Below, piece by piece: positions 29,739 to 42,776 of a stretch of 64,000 bases of DNA. A program made the position numbers and the translations under genes. The notes under the pieces are model-generated. The model saw only the letters and a list, made by a program, of their open reading frames with translations. It was not told the origin of the DNA and did not search any database. The first letter of the stretch is position 1. Every line of letters starts with the position of its first letter. The stretch is from Macrostomum lignano (lineage: Eukaryota), in NCBI GenBank assembly GCA_002269645.1, contig NIVC01001671.1:62001-126000 (forward strand), written 5' to 3'.

Positions 29739-32700
29739 TTAGAGCGACTCAAACATGCTATACTTCTCCGAGAAGGTGCCGCTATTCATCTTCACTTGGT
29801 TGCGCTTGTTTTGACCGATTCGGCTGCGAACTTCTTCAAGGCTAACGTTGCCAACTGGATCGCCGCCGTTGCTCTTCTGCTTCTGTTGTTGCTGCTGCTC
29901 CTTCGGCGGTGGCTGCGACTTCGGTTGTTGCTGCTGCTGCTGCTGAGGGGTCGGGTAAGCGGGTGGACTGGCCGAAGAAGTTGGAGCAGAGGCAGCGGCA
30001 GGGGCGGCGACGGCCGCGGCAGCAGCGACTGGAGCCGCAGCAGCGGAGAACGAAGGCGGCGGAGTAGCCGTTTTTGAGCTCCGGTCGGATTCGCGCTGAA
30101 TGAAATTTAATTGAGAGGGGAGAAGCGGTAGCCAGAAACTGCTGCTGAACGTTGTACGTTTTACGAATACACAACATTGATGATTAATAGTTATTGCTTT
30201 TAATTTCAAACAGGTGCCAACCTTTGCATCTATGGGGTATCACCTTTGATGTGTAGCAGATGCCACCCGCAAAGTCGAACAGGTATCACCCTGGATGTCT
30301 AACAGGTATCACCCTGGATGTCTGGCAGGTATCACCCTGGATGTCTGACAGGTATCATCCAGGATGTCTAACAGGTATCACCCTGGGTGTCTGACAGGTA
30401 TCATCCAGGATGTCTAACAGGTATCACCCTGGGTGTCTGACAGGTATCATCCAGGATGTCTAACAGGTATCACCCTGGATGTCTGACAGGTATCATCCAG
30501 GATGTCTAACAGGTATCACCCAGGATGTCTGGGTCACATTAGTTATTTAACAGTTAATATTCATGTTGCTGTCTACCATGCATGGAATGATGTAATGTTC
30601 TAATTTATGCAAACTCGTAATAATATACATTATCAATTATTCCGTCTCTAATCAAAATATCCTACTCATAAACGTTTATAAGTAGCAAATTTAACAATTT
30701 ATACCTAAAATACATGTAGGTATATGCTTATAATCAAGCTTATCTTAGCCATGGCAACAACTTCTTTTTGCAAAAAGTCGAACACTTAACAAAGGAGAAT
30801 GGACAACGGTTGACTCTTGGTAAAAATTATGTCATTTGACTGCGTCTTCAACAAGAGGGCATTAAGCTTATATGGCATTGCACAGAGGCAGAGTATAGCT
30901 GTGTCTTCCGTTATCTTTCGTTGTTGCCAGTGCTGTGTTGAACTCAAAAGTTTTTCAAGCTTTTCACGACAATATGCGACAGCCTTTGAAAATTTGAAGA
31001 GATTTGAAATTGAAATAAACTACCAACACAATCAATGGCTACACAGCCTGTGGTTGCTGACCCCCTCCCTACACAATCTGTGGTTGCTGACCTCCCCTCC
31101 CTACACAATCTGTGGTTGCTGACCCCCTCCCTACACAATCTGTGGTTGCTGACCTCCCCTCCCTACACAATCTGTGGTTGCTGACCCCCTCTCCCTTCAC
31201 AATCTGTGGTTGCTGACCCCCTCCCTACACAATCTGTGGTTGCTGACCCCCTCCCTACACAATCTGTGGTTGCTGAGCCCCTCCCTACACAATCTGTGGT
31301 TGCTGACCCCCTCCCTACACAATCTGTGGTTGCTGACCCCCTCCCTACACAATCTGTGGTTGCTGACCCCCTCCCTACACAATCTGTGGTTGCTGACCCC
31401 CTCCCTACACAATCTGTGGTTGCTGACCCCCTCCCTACACAATCTGTGGTTGCTGACCCCCTCCCTACACAATCTGTGGTTGCTGACCCCCTCCCTACAC
31501 AATCTGTGGTTGCTGACCCCCTCCCTACACAATCTGTGGTTGCTGAGCCCCTCCCTACACAATCTGTGGTTGCTGACCCCCTCCCTACACAATCTGTGGT
31601 TGCTGACCCCCTCCCTACACAATCTGTGGTTGCTGACCCCCTCCCTACACAATCTGTGCTTGGCCGGCCCCCAACAGTTTAAAGGCAGTCAATAATTAAT
31701 AATTCCAATGACGTTAGGGCCCGAAAAGTTTCAGAATGCCCGCATTTCAAGCTAGAGAAAATTGCTCGTATAAGCGATGGGGGAGAGTTTATACTTCGAT
31801 AAGATAAGAAAGAAGCAGAGCCTTGGCTACAGAAAGAGCAATCCGATTGCCGACCAGGTCGAAGAAGAAAAAGAAGAAGGCTGAGAAGCGGCATAACTTC
31901 TTACTGGAACAAATTCAAATAGAACCGATAAGCCTGTTTGGTTTTTGCTCGGAGCGCATCGAACACAAACTTATTGGCTGCCAGTTAGTTGGCCCTGCTG
32001 TCCTCACTGATTTCACTTGGGCGTAGTCGTTGTCTGCGATAGCGAATTACATGCATAGTTTAACTGCATGAGCTCGGCGAATGCTGTCGGTGGACAGAGG
32101 TTGAATTGAACTTGCAAGTATAGCAAGTGAACTGAGATAAAATTAGTGTAGCTATTTAGCGTGTCGTTAGTTGGGTGCCTACATTGGCTTTGCGGTGGTT
32201 GGAGGTGTCGGCCGAGATGGGGGCGCCAAGAGAGATCGCCGAGAAAGGGGCACAGCGAAGTAGGCGCCAAGAAGTAGGCGCCAAGAAGGGGGCGCCGAGA
32301 AGGGGGCGCCGAGAAGGGGGCGCCGAGAAGGGGGCGTCAAGAAGGGGCCGCCTAGAGAGATCGTCGAGAAAGGGGCACAGAGAAGTAGGCGCCAAGAAGG
32401 GGGCGCCGAGAAGGGGGCGCCAAGAAGGGAGCGCCAAGAAGGGGCCTCGAGAAGGGGGCGCCAAGAAAGGGGCGCCAAGAAGGGGGCGCCAAGAAGGGGG
32501 CGCCAAGAAGGGGGCGCCAAGAAGGGGGCGCCGAAAAGGGGGCGCTGAGAAGGGGGCACCAAAAAAAGCCCAAGAGATGCAAAGAAGAGGTGTCCATAAA
32601 AATCTGTTTGAAAGTTAAGGCTGCCAATTCTGACAAAAACAGAACTATTCGAACAGCATGCTATTTGTGATGATGGCTCAGTGCATGCGTCAGTGCTGAA

Positions 32701-33453
32701 TCGCTGCAGTACCTGTCCATTCGGCTCTTCAGACCGAAACCGCTGGGGCAGGTCGCTCGGTTTCACTTCTTCGTACATATAGTCGACTCCGCCTGACTGT
32801 TCGACGGCCGCTCGCAGCGAAGCAGCCGCGTCAACTGATGTCGATGATGCAGCCTCTGGCGACGAGGACTTCTTCTTGAGAGTTGTGTTGAGTGAACTGT
32901 ACTGAACTTATACTGGCATGGGACTTAAATACAAAGCAAGCACTGTTCTAATGCAAGCTTAGTAATAGGATGTGTTACATGTACGCACCCGTTCCTCAAC
33001 TGGCGGTTGCCTGGCGGGCGTGCTGTGCTCGTCGATATTATGCATAGCCGAGCTCAGCTTGATATCGTTCTCCTTGCAGTACGAATAGGTCTCCTTGTCG
33101 CAGACAAATAGATCGACTCGGTCAGGAATCGATTTGACCCGGCCAACCACAATATTGTGCGACGCGTCCTCTAAAAAACGGAGCATTGATCGTAATTTTA
33201 AAACTCCACAGTCTCATTTAAAACATCCTCACAAACGTGTAGCTTTCTTACCGACATTGATGCCGTTAACCTCGATTAGCACATCGTAAATATTTAGTCC
33301 GCCCAAATCTGCAGGCGAGTTAGGATCTACTTTGCCGATAAATTGGCCTTTTTTGCCTTTCTCGGAATGCAGATTAAAGCCGTAGCCGGCGTAGTTTTCC
33401 CATTTCCTTAACGAGCACAGCTTCGGCTTTTTAATATGCGACAGTAGGTCCAT
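29739..33453 (-). CDS. NHERF1: NHERF/EBP50/Sip1-like scaffold with one PDZ domain and an ERM-binding C-terminus, ~300 aa
   Basis: Exons 33252-33453, 32989-33170, 32713-32874, 29739-30095 join in frame (903 nt). [46 protein letters not shown]; C-terminal EKYSMFESL* resembles the EBP50 C-terminus. Family-level call; orthology to NHERF1 not established. Confidence 0.82.
30281..30530. repeat. 23-bp minisatellite (~11 copies), NHERF intron
   Basis: Unit aacaggtatcaccctggatgtct. Confidence 0.9.
31045..31660. repeat. 30-bp minisatellite (~20 copies), NHERF intron
   Basis: Unit acacaatctgtggttgctgaccccctccct. Confidence 0.94.
32218..32560. repeat. 14-bp GC-rich minisatellite, NHERF intron
   Basis: Unit aagaagggggcgcc. 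Confidence 0.88.
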
Positions 33454-34387
33454 TTGATTAGAATATCTAAAATAGCTTCAGTAAAGGACAACTATAGTGA
33501 GGCGTTCTTTTTCCAAAATGAGAATTGAATCAGTTTATTACGCTTTTTAAATTAGCGCCAATTTATTTTTTCGCAGATGTCAGATAAACAATATATAAAC
33601 ATTTGATTTTTAGTTATAAATGAAAATATTTATGAACTCTGTTTTCATCTGTGAATCTTATTTTTATAAAGCCTAAGTACTTTTTAACTAGACGGAAAAT
33701 TAGATATGAAATGAGGCGCTTGCTTAGTTTGAACAAGTTCATATTATTATATTATTAATTTAATTTGCACTTGCAATGTAGCACCAGCCAAACACTATCT
33801 GCTGGGAATTCACTCAAACACATCTGCTTCTGTGAGTATTTAAAATCTGTAAAATCTATAATAAATCAGTAGCTAAACTATAAATTTCTTTATTTTCAAT
33901 CTCCTCGAGAATCACTCGAAAATTATGCTGCTATAACTTTCTCTGCCGGGCAGTATTTTATTTAGGCGATTTAAATTGATTACAATGTTTTTCCTAAGCA
34001 TTTTTCTAAATTATATGTAGACTGTTCTAATATACTACCCTCTTTTAATGCCTCAATTACTATAGTAAGAAGGGCCTTCAACATCTTGGGATCTTTTATC
34101 TAAGCAGTAGGCTTTCAGAGACTTTGACTAGGTGCAAAATGTGTCTTTGTTTTTTACATAAATGCTTTTTTTATTTGCTGCAGCTACTTTTCCAAATATT
34201 GACATCTGCTTGGATAGTTTTTGTTTTTTACAATCTTAACAAGTTAATTTAGATAGTTGGTAATAATATCATAATATAAAATATTATATTAGTAAACTTG
34301 AAACATTTTATATTTAACAAACTAAAATTGTATTTTATCTGAATGGCAAAAAATCGTATTAAAAATTTTTCTTTCCAGTTTAACTCA

Positions 34388-35616
34388 ATGTCATCAGGCC
34401 AATTATCCACACCATCAATAGTGGCCAAGTGGGAGATTCCACTTAGCGATGGAGTGTACACAGTTGAGTTTGAGCATGGCACTGCCTCGGGAACGCGCGC
34501 CATTTTCATTAATGGAAAGGTAGGTTGGCTAGGTACAGACTGTTTTTTTTTCTACAGTGACGCCATTTTAGTTGAAGTGGCGCTATTTTAATTAAAGGGG
34601 CGCTGTTTAAAATGGCGAGGCGCCATTTCAGTTAAGGAGCGCCATTTCAGTTAAGGGGCGCCATTTCAGTTAAGGGGCGCCATTTCAGTTAAGGGGCGCC
34701 ATTTCAGTTAAGGGGCGCCATTTCAGTCGAGAGGGGCGCATTTCAGTCGAAAGGGACGCCATTTCAGTTGAGGGGCGCCATTTTAGTTGAGTGGGGCGCC
34801 ATTTCTCTCGAGAAGGCGCCATTTCAGTTGAAGGGCGCCATTTCAGTCGAGAGGGACGCCATTTCAGCTGAGGGGGCGCCATTTTAGTTAAGGTTGTGCG
34901 ACATTATCTCTGACTATGCCTCTGCCCCTGATTTTCTCAGCTATAATCAGGTTAAATTTTGACTAGACTTTGCATTTAAGAGTAAAAATTTCCATCTAAA
35001 TGATTTATTTATTTATTTGTTTAAAATCACTAGTGCATTCGTCGGCAAGAATTCAAATTCGCGCTAATTGGCGAGGAACATTTCAAAGTTGGCAGCGAGG
35101 CCCACTGCACAGTTCAAATTAAGACTGTGAGCTCTATGGATTATGGATATTTTCTTCTGGTGAACGGTCTGCCATTTGAACAGTTCCTGGCGAATCAGGC
35201 GAAACAGTTGAAATGCTGGATTCTGCCTGTGGATGGAGAGTCTCTTCGCGTGGTGCTGCGGCTTGACAGCATGGAAGTTTACTCGAATGGGGAGCAGTTG
35301 GATAGCATGGTGAGCTCTTGTTTTGGATTCTGCTTTAACCTATTATCATACTGCATGTTTACAAACATTATGTTTGAGAATACTTCAATGAACAATGATT
35401 AAGTTGATTCACAGTCCAACTCTCGTACGTTACGTTTCCTTTCAGGGTGAATTCACAGATGAAGGATCTGAGACCCACTTTGAGCTTCGAGGAACGCCCT
35501 GTATGATTCGAGTGACCAACAGCGCAACCTCTGCTGCTGGTCGTCGAAAGCTATTAAAGTACACCATGTACTATGGGAACAATGAAGTACCTGAGGCTGC
35601 CGTGGATCAGATGTGA
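34388..35616 (+). CDS. FAIM: Fas apoptotic inhibitory molecule, ~192 aa
   Basis: Exons 34388-34519, 35034-35309, 35446-35616, all phase 0. VAKWEIPLSDGVYTVEFEHGTASGTR..NGK, FALIGEEHF, RVVL..DSMEVYSNG, GEFTDEGSETHF match FAIM1 motifs. Confidence 0.93.
34600..34890. repeat. 19-bp minisatellite, FAIM intron 1
   Basis: Unit aaggggcgccatttcagtt. Confidence 0.88.
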
Positions 35617-35626
35617 GTCGAAGTTT

Positions 35627-36577
35627 TTGGGCCAGCCTCCAAGAGTGTCAGTTGCTCGGCCAACCTTCCAGATCCCCAGTTGCTGGGCCAGCCTCCCAGA
35701 TCCTCAGTTGCTGGGGAACCAGCCTCCCAGATCCTCAGTTGCTGGGGAACCAGCCTCCCAGATCCCCAGTTGCTGGGCCAGCCTCCCAGATCTTTAGTTG
35801 CTGGGCAACCAGCCTCCCAGATCCTCAGTTGCTGATAAACCAGCCTCCCAGATCCCCAGTTGCTGGGCCAGCCTCCCAGATCTTTAGTTGCTGGGCAACC
35901 AGCCTCCCAGATCCTCAGTTGCTGATAAACCAGCCTCCCAGATCCTCAGTTGCTGGGCAACCAGCCTCCCAGATCCTCAGTTGCTGGGCCAGCCTCCCAG
36001 ATCCTCAGTTGCTGGACCAGCCTCCCAGATCCTCAGTTGCTGGGCCAGGCCTCCCAGATCCCCAGTTGCCGGGCCAGCCTCCCAGATCCTCAGTTGCTGG
36101 GCCAGCCTCCCAGATCCTCAGTTGCTGGGCCGGCCTCCCAGAGTGTCAGTTGCTGGGCCAGCCTTCCAGATCCTCAGTTGCTGGGCCAGCCTCCCAGATC
36201 CTCAGTTGCTGGGCCAGCCTCCCAGATCTTCAGTTGCTGGGCCGGCCTCCCAGAGTGTCAGTTGCTGGGCCAGCCTCCCAGATCCTCAGTTGCTGGGCCA
36301 GCCTCCCAGATCTTTAGTTGCTGGGCAACCAGCCTCCCAAATCCTCAGTTGCTGATAAACCAGCCTCCCAGATCCCCAGTTGCTGGGCCAGCCTCCCAGA
36401 TCTTTAGTTGCTGGGCAACCAGCCTCCCAGATCCTCAGTTGCTGATAAACCAGCCTCCCAGATCCTCAGTTGCTGGGCAACCAGCCTCCCAGATCCTCAG
36501 TTGCTGGGCCAGCCTCCCAGATCCTCAGTTGCTTGGCCAGCCTCCCAGAACCTCAGTTGCTGGGCCAACCTCCCAGA
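35627..36577. repeat. 28-31-bp minisatellite with a ~90-bp higher-order unit, directly after the FAIM stop
   Basis: Core ccagcctcccagatcctcagttgct with variants ggg-, gggcaa-, gataaa-. Confidence 0.9.
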
Positions 36578-37621
36578 TCCTGCTACGAGTATTTGATCAC
36601 AGTCCTATCCTATTGATAAAGGATATTTTTCACCGCATCGAACCGGCACAGGAACATCTGGGACGCTCACTGGTGAAGCGAGTGGCAATTTTAAGCTTAA
36701 TTTGATTCGTTGTCGACACTTTTTTAGTTGTCAGGTAAGTTATATTTTCTAAAAAACCTAAACAAAGTATTCTTTTATTTAAAAGCATGACTTGCTACAT
36801 AAAAATGTTCTCCTCAATTCGGCCAAAGTACAGTGCCCTCTTTAAATTTGCAGGTTGCCTTTCACTATTTGACAGACTTCAAAGACGCTGACTTTAGCTA
36901 ATTGGAATGAATTTAATAATTGAAATCGTTTACATGATTCTTTGTTTAAAATGATGATTTATTAAATTCCATCCTGTTGCACACAAAAGATATTTTACCA
37001 TTTTAATAGATACAATTATGAACAAAACAGTTTTGTATAGTCATGATTTTTGTTTTAATTAAACTGAATAATTAATATAGCTAATTTAAACAAAAGCGAT
37101 TTGTGTTTTATGAGCAGTACAATTTGGAAAATAAAGTTTCGTGTTTTACTTAAATTGTTTACGGCACTGCAAGTTTGCTATAAATTATTTTACAATAAAG
37201 TAACTCCATATAATCAACTAAAAGGAATTTACATTAAACTTTTAATTTCAGAAAATCAGCTATCGCCATACAAAGCGAAGAAAACCAATGGAAACTAGTA
37301 AACTACTCAATATTGGATACCGACCGATTATAATTCGAAAATGCATTTTTCAAATGACCATATAATGGCATGCATGTACGTTAGAATTAAAAAAACACAT
37401 TTTATTATTTTTTACTTGAATTTTTCATCAGCGGCAGGTCAAGTTAGTCTTATTATTTTTTTATTCAATTCAGAAAAACACTTACTTGATCGATGCATTT
37501 TATCTAATTTATAAATCTTAATTAGATGCGTCTTTGAATTCTGTCGTCGGTTTCCTGGAAAGCTGTTTTCTTCCATAATCCTTTTAAAGATTTTAGTACA
37601 TTAGGCCCCAATCTCTGCTAA

Positions 37622-38110
37622 CAAAAAATGTTATTGCTTTTGATAGGAGGCAGATCCAGTGTTCATCTTTTGATATGTTAATTGTGCCTTTCTTATTGCT
37701 CTATTGATATTCATAAAGCTTTTTGTTCAAAGAGTTAGGATTCTATGTGAATTTTTTATTCTACGTACATTTCCTGTACCTAAAAATCATAAAAATGCAT
37801 GCTACAGCTCGAATCTTTGGTTTTATAAATCTATTTTATCATCTCTGTTACAAATATTTGTTATACAGTCAGCTAAGAATGATAAAATAGACTCATGAAA
37901 CCAAAGAGCTGAGCCGTGTCATTTTAATGGTTTTTTAGGCACAAGATACATGTACATGCAAATGTACGTAGAATAAAAAATTCACATAAAGTCCTAACTC
38001 TTTGAACGAAAAGCTTGATGAATATCAATAGAGCCATAAAAAAGGCACAACATATCAAAAGATGAACACTGGATCTGCCTCCTATCAAAAGCAATAACAA
38101 TTTTTGTGCT
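37622..38110. repeat. Foldback pair of a ~210-bp AT-rich dispersed repeat
   Basis: 37622-37837 is the imperfect reverse complement of 37900-38110 (gcttttgataggaggcagatccagtgttcatcttttgatatg / catatcaaaagatgaacactggatctgcctcctatcaaaagc). Confidence 0.85.
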
Positions 38111-38229
38111 GAAAAAATGAAAACTTCCTATCTCCGTAGTGTATTTTTTCGGAGAAAAAAAACCTTTCTTCAATTTTCTAAGAAACAAGGTTTCCCGTCC
38201 TTCAACGGAAAGCTTGAGTCGTCCTTGAT

Positions 38230-38690
38230 CTCAACCCCAAGCTAAAAAAACAGAAAGGTGTTATTAGCCTTGGGACTGCTCCTATCCTCGCCAGCAGCAG
38301 AAATCCCGGAAGAATCCGCGCAGGCAGACCGCAGAGTCGTTTAACCTTAGCGTGACAGCCGAGGTGACGTGGTGCGTTGGATTTTCCTTCTCTAAGCCAC
38401 AATAGGGGCAAATAGGAGAAAAAACAGCTTTGTAGTGAGATACATGTACGAGTATGTCCTCTGAGGTCAATATTACTTAAAGAGACAGCTTACAGCTTGA
38501 TAGAGAACAAGGCCTTAATAGCGGTCTGGCTGTCAGAGTATAAATTTATGCTCAGCACATTGGCTGATGGCTATGAATTCGGATAGAAAAACCAAGCCAT
38601 TTACACTAAGATGAAGACTCTTGCAGGATCCCCACACCCTTGCCTTCGCACATAGACAGACTGTCAGTGAAGCAGTGGATGCCCTGACTT
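38230..38690 (-). pseudogene. Decayed LINE remnant (RNase H and C-terminal zinc finger), related to the 56505-62409 element
   Basis: Across frameshifts reads GIHCFTDS..GKGVGI, EFIAISQCAE, YSDSQTAIKAL and SPICPYCGLEKENPTHH, paralleling LHCYTDGS..GFGVGI, EVLAISSCTAE, HSDSQAALHAI and CSFC..ETAEH. Confidence 0.7.
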
Positions 38691-38700
38691 CTCCGATGAT

Positions 38701-39489
<789 letters not shown>

Positions 39490-40150
39490 TACACGGACGA
39501 CCTCACGCTGCTGTCCGATCGACAGCCGAAGGCGCCCAACGGCTGCTGGTTGGCCTGACGGTGACAGCGGCGCGGTTCGGACTCACGCCGATTGCGCAGA
39601 AGACCAAAGTATTCACGGTCCCTTCGGACTTGCCGGCCGAGATCATCTACTCATGAGGAACCGCTGCCCAGTGACTTCGCTACCCCGCAGCAGGCACTTC
39701 GTGTTCCTCGACGGCCTCGTTCCAGATGACGCCGGCGACCTGGCGAGACGGCGCAGACTGGCCTGGGCTGCTCTCCGCACTGTGCGCTGTGCTGCACTCT
39801 GGGGCCCTGGATGACAGGCTCAGATCTGCTGTTCCAGGCAGCCGTTGAGACTGTCCTGTTCTACAACGCAGAGACCTGGAACCTGACGGACGACCTGGAG
39901 GGGCAGCTGGACGCTGCGCATGCGGCCATGCTGTGTGCTGCTTTTAGAGTTCGTTGCGGCCCAGGCACCGAGACGAACGCCGCGCTCTATGAGAGGGCAA
40001 GCCTGACGCGGCCTTCTGACCTGCTGCGCGGGCGACGGCTTCGACTGGCTGGCCACGTCATCCTGTCGGAAGCTCGCTGCCGGGAGCCGCTGCATGACGT
40101 GCTGCTGCTTCAGCTGCAAGGACCGCGCAGGCGAGGCCAAGGGCGAACGA
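39490..40150 (+). mobile_element. 5'-truncated, frameshifted RTE-like non-LTR retrotransposon remnant
   Basis: YTDDLTLLS (YADD-like), LFQAAVETVLFYNAETWNLT, RRLRLAGHV, GPRRRGQGR resemble the RTE RT C-terminus. Confidence 0.75.
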
Positions 40151-40380
40151 CCCCTGACCAGGTGGGCGGGTGTGACTTTGAGGGACCTGGCCCATCGGAG
40201 TGCCATCTGACTCCTCCTCCTTCTGGCCACTTCGTGTGGTCGTCGGTGGGAGGAGTTCTTTGTTGTTGTTTTTTATCGCTGAGACGTTCATTCACTCCCA
40301 ACAAATAGTTTCTTCAGAATAAATGTACCCTCCTTCCACACTGACACATTTCTTTGAGCCTGGCACTCGTTCATCCCTGA

Positions 40381-40382
40381 CA

Positions 40383-40429
<47 letters not shown>

Positions 40430-40432
40430 GCG
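40381..40432. repeat. (CA)n microsatellite
   Basis: Direct reading. Confidence 0.9.
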
Positions 40433-40910
40433 TCTTCAAATACTACATGTACACATCAAAAGCAAAATTGTACAAAGAAAAAGCTTCTAAAGTTTTCAGC
40501 TTCGATTGCTATTACTGTAGATAGTTTCTTGCAATCGGTTCTGTCCTGACTTCGATTTCTGTGCCAATAACGGCACGCCGTCAATTTTAACAGAATTCGT
40601 GGTTGACTACAAGTTTAGATCTGTAATGTTCTACGTCGTAGACTTGATTTAACTTGAGGATGGACTTGCGCCGTGATATGGGCCTATATTCGTATAGAGA
40701 CTTCCGGACTTCTAAATGTTATGTCGATTTTTCACTCCCATACCTACTCCCTCCCGCCTTCAATAGCCAAAAAGAAACACGGAGAAACAGTGGAATACTA
40801 TAGTTAAGGCTGGTACAACAGTCATTTATTATTCATTTATTTACTGAGACCAGAAAGCTTTAGTTGAATCTCGCAGTCCCCAACAGGAGCCGGTCTTGCA
40901 GACGTTTGTC

Positions 40911-42267
40911 TCAGCTGCAGCTGAAGGACAGCTTCGTACTCTTAATGCAAATGTCTATTTTGTTTACATCAACTGCTGAGCACCAATTCCAGCAGAAACT
41001 CGGAGAAGTGGTGATCCAACTATTTGGATTTAAGCGATGACAGTCTTTATACCACCAGCCAGCATTGTGTCCTTGCTCCTTTGTGCATTCTCCTTTATAT
41101 TTATCATTATCCGCATCAAAGGTGCTGAACTGCATTGCGTTGAAATACTCGGCGGTACCTTTCCAGAGGTCACCACCCGGCTCCTGATCTTCGAGCACCA
41201 GCTTGTAGTTCTCGTCCGCTCCGTGCAGCCCAAAGCGCTTGAAAGTCCCACGCATAAGTTTACCGTTATCGATCCGAACTCCCTCATAGATGAGCTGGCA
41301 ATGACGGTCTTTTGTCATGGCTAAAAGCTGCTCTAAACCTGTCGGATTGAGGAGTTCAAATAAAAACTGTTTGTAACTTTTTTGATTTGATTTTTACCCC
41401 TGTAGTATACAGATTTTTCAGCTAAAGATACCCATGCATCACTTGTTAGCCAATACAAGTGACACTCTAAATCGAATACCCTTCTCTCTCTGGTGGCCGA
41501 ATGCTATTGGTTATCATTGTTACTTGATTCCCAGTCTGATTCATTCATTGGTTGCTTAGGGACCACATTCGAGTATTGAGCTTGAGCTGAGATGCCAAAG
41601 TCTGGGAGCGATACGCGACTTATAGCTAAGTTTTCAGCTATTATTGACGTACAGATTTATAGTGAGCCGATGTAAACATAATTAACTACTCACCCATCCA
41701 GTAATTGCCGCTGGGATCTCCGAATCCTTTCACGTAGCCGTGCCAGTTCTGGGCGAACGAGAGGCTGTTGTCCAGGTGCCTCTGGAAGACCACCTCAGCA
41801 GGGACGGGTGCAGGGCCGGATGCAGAGCGGACGGCACCAAACTGAGTCGGAATGGGGCCCTGCGTACCGAAGGGCGCGAACTGCACAGCCTGCTGGATGA
41901 AGAGAGGATGATCAGAGATTTTTTTCCTAATACTCATGCACCTGTGCAAGGTTCTGCACACGAAGACAAGTTTGCCCGAAGTTCCATCGCTGGACACTCG
42001 AGCCAGCACGGTGGCACCGAAGTCCTGCTTTTGCATTCCATTTTCAGGTATCACTTTTAGTCCGGTGACTTTCCGCTTCCCGTCAGGACTCTGCGAGGCG
42101 ACCTCAGTGATTTGGAGGTCCAGATCGAGCTCGTACTTCTCATAGAACAGGTTGTACATGATGCTAGGAGGCTTCTTCAAGAAGTTCACCTGAAACTCTG
42201 CAGCAGAGGCGTACGGAACCAGCGACACGCAGAGGACAAGGAAGAGAAGCACGCAGCGCTTTTGCAT
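40911..42267 (-). CDS. Secreted fibrinogen-related domain (FReD) protein, ~333 aa
   Basis: Exons 41694-42267 and 40911-41338 (phase 1). Signal-like MQKRCVLLFLVLCVSLVPYASA; VFQRH..SF.QNW..Y..GFG...NYWMG|LEQL, FSTFDADND, GWWYKDC. An upstream in-frame ATG exists at 42354. Confidence 0.88.
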
Positions 42268-42776
42268 GGCTTGAATACCGGAGTTAATAATCTTATAATC
42301 GCTTCGGTCCTCGGAGAATGAATTCGGAGTATAAATCCTTCTTATGTTGAACATTCAAGTACGAGTAGAAAGAGACTTGCAGCTTTAAGTACAAAAAAGT
42401 TTTTTGCCACGTGTAAATTTGCATTTTTAAATAGTTTAAATTTTTGTTGCAGAACTTCAAACCTACAGGGAAAGTATAAAGTTTTTCTGGGTTTCTGAAT
42501 ATGGCGTAGACCCACAAAAATAGTTGAAGATCATTTCTTCTGATCAAATATTTTAAAGTTATTTCAATAATTCATGCTACTTTCCAAGAAGGCTTGCATG
42601 GATGCCTTACAGTGACTGGCAACACCAAAAAACGACTTTACGGCTGCGCAACTTTCTTTTCTTTTTTAAAAAAATATTTTTCACGGAGCCACGCAGACAC
42701 ACGAAAATCCAGAACACGGGCTGACTTTTTGTCAATACTAAAATTATATTATGGACAAGAAGTAGCTCCGTGTTAA

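Noticed and set aside
31970-32033. Extra NHERF exon (DNDYAQV..)
   Set aside because: It needs phase 1, while the neighbouring exons join in phase 0; in phase 0 it stops after 6 codons
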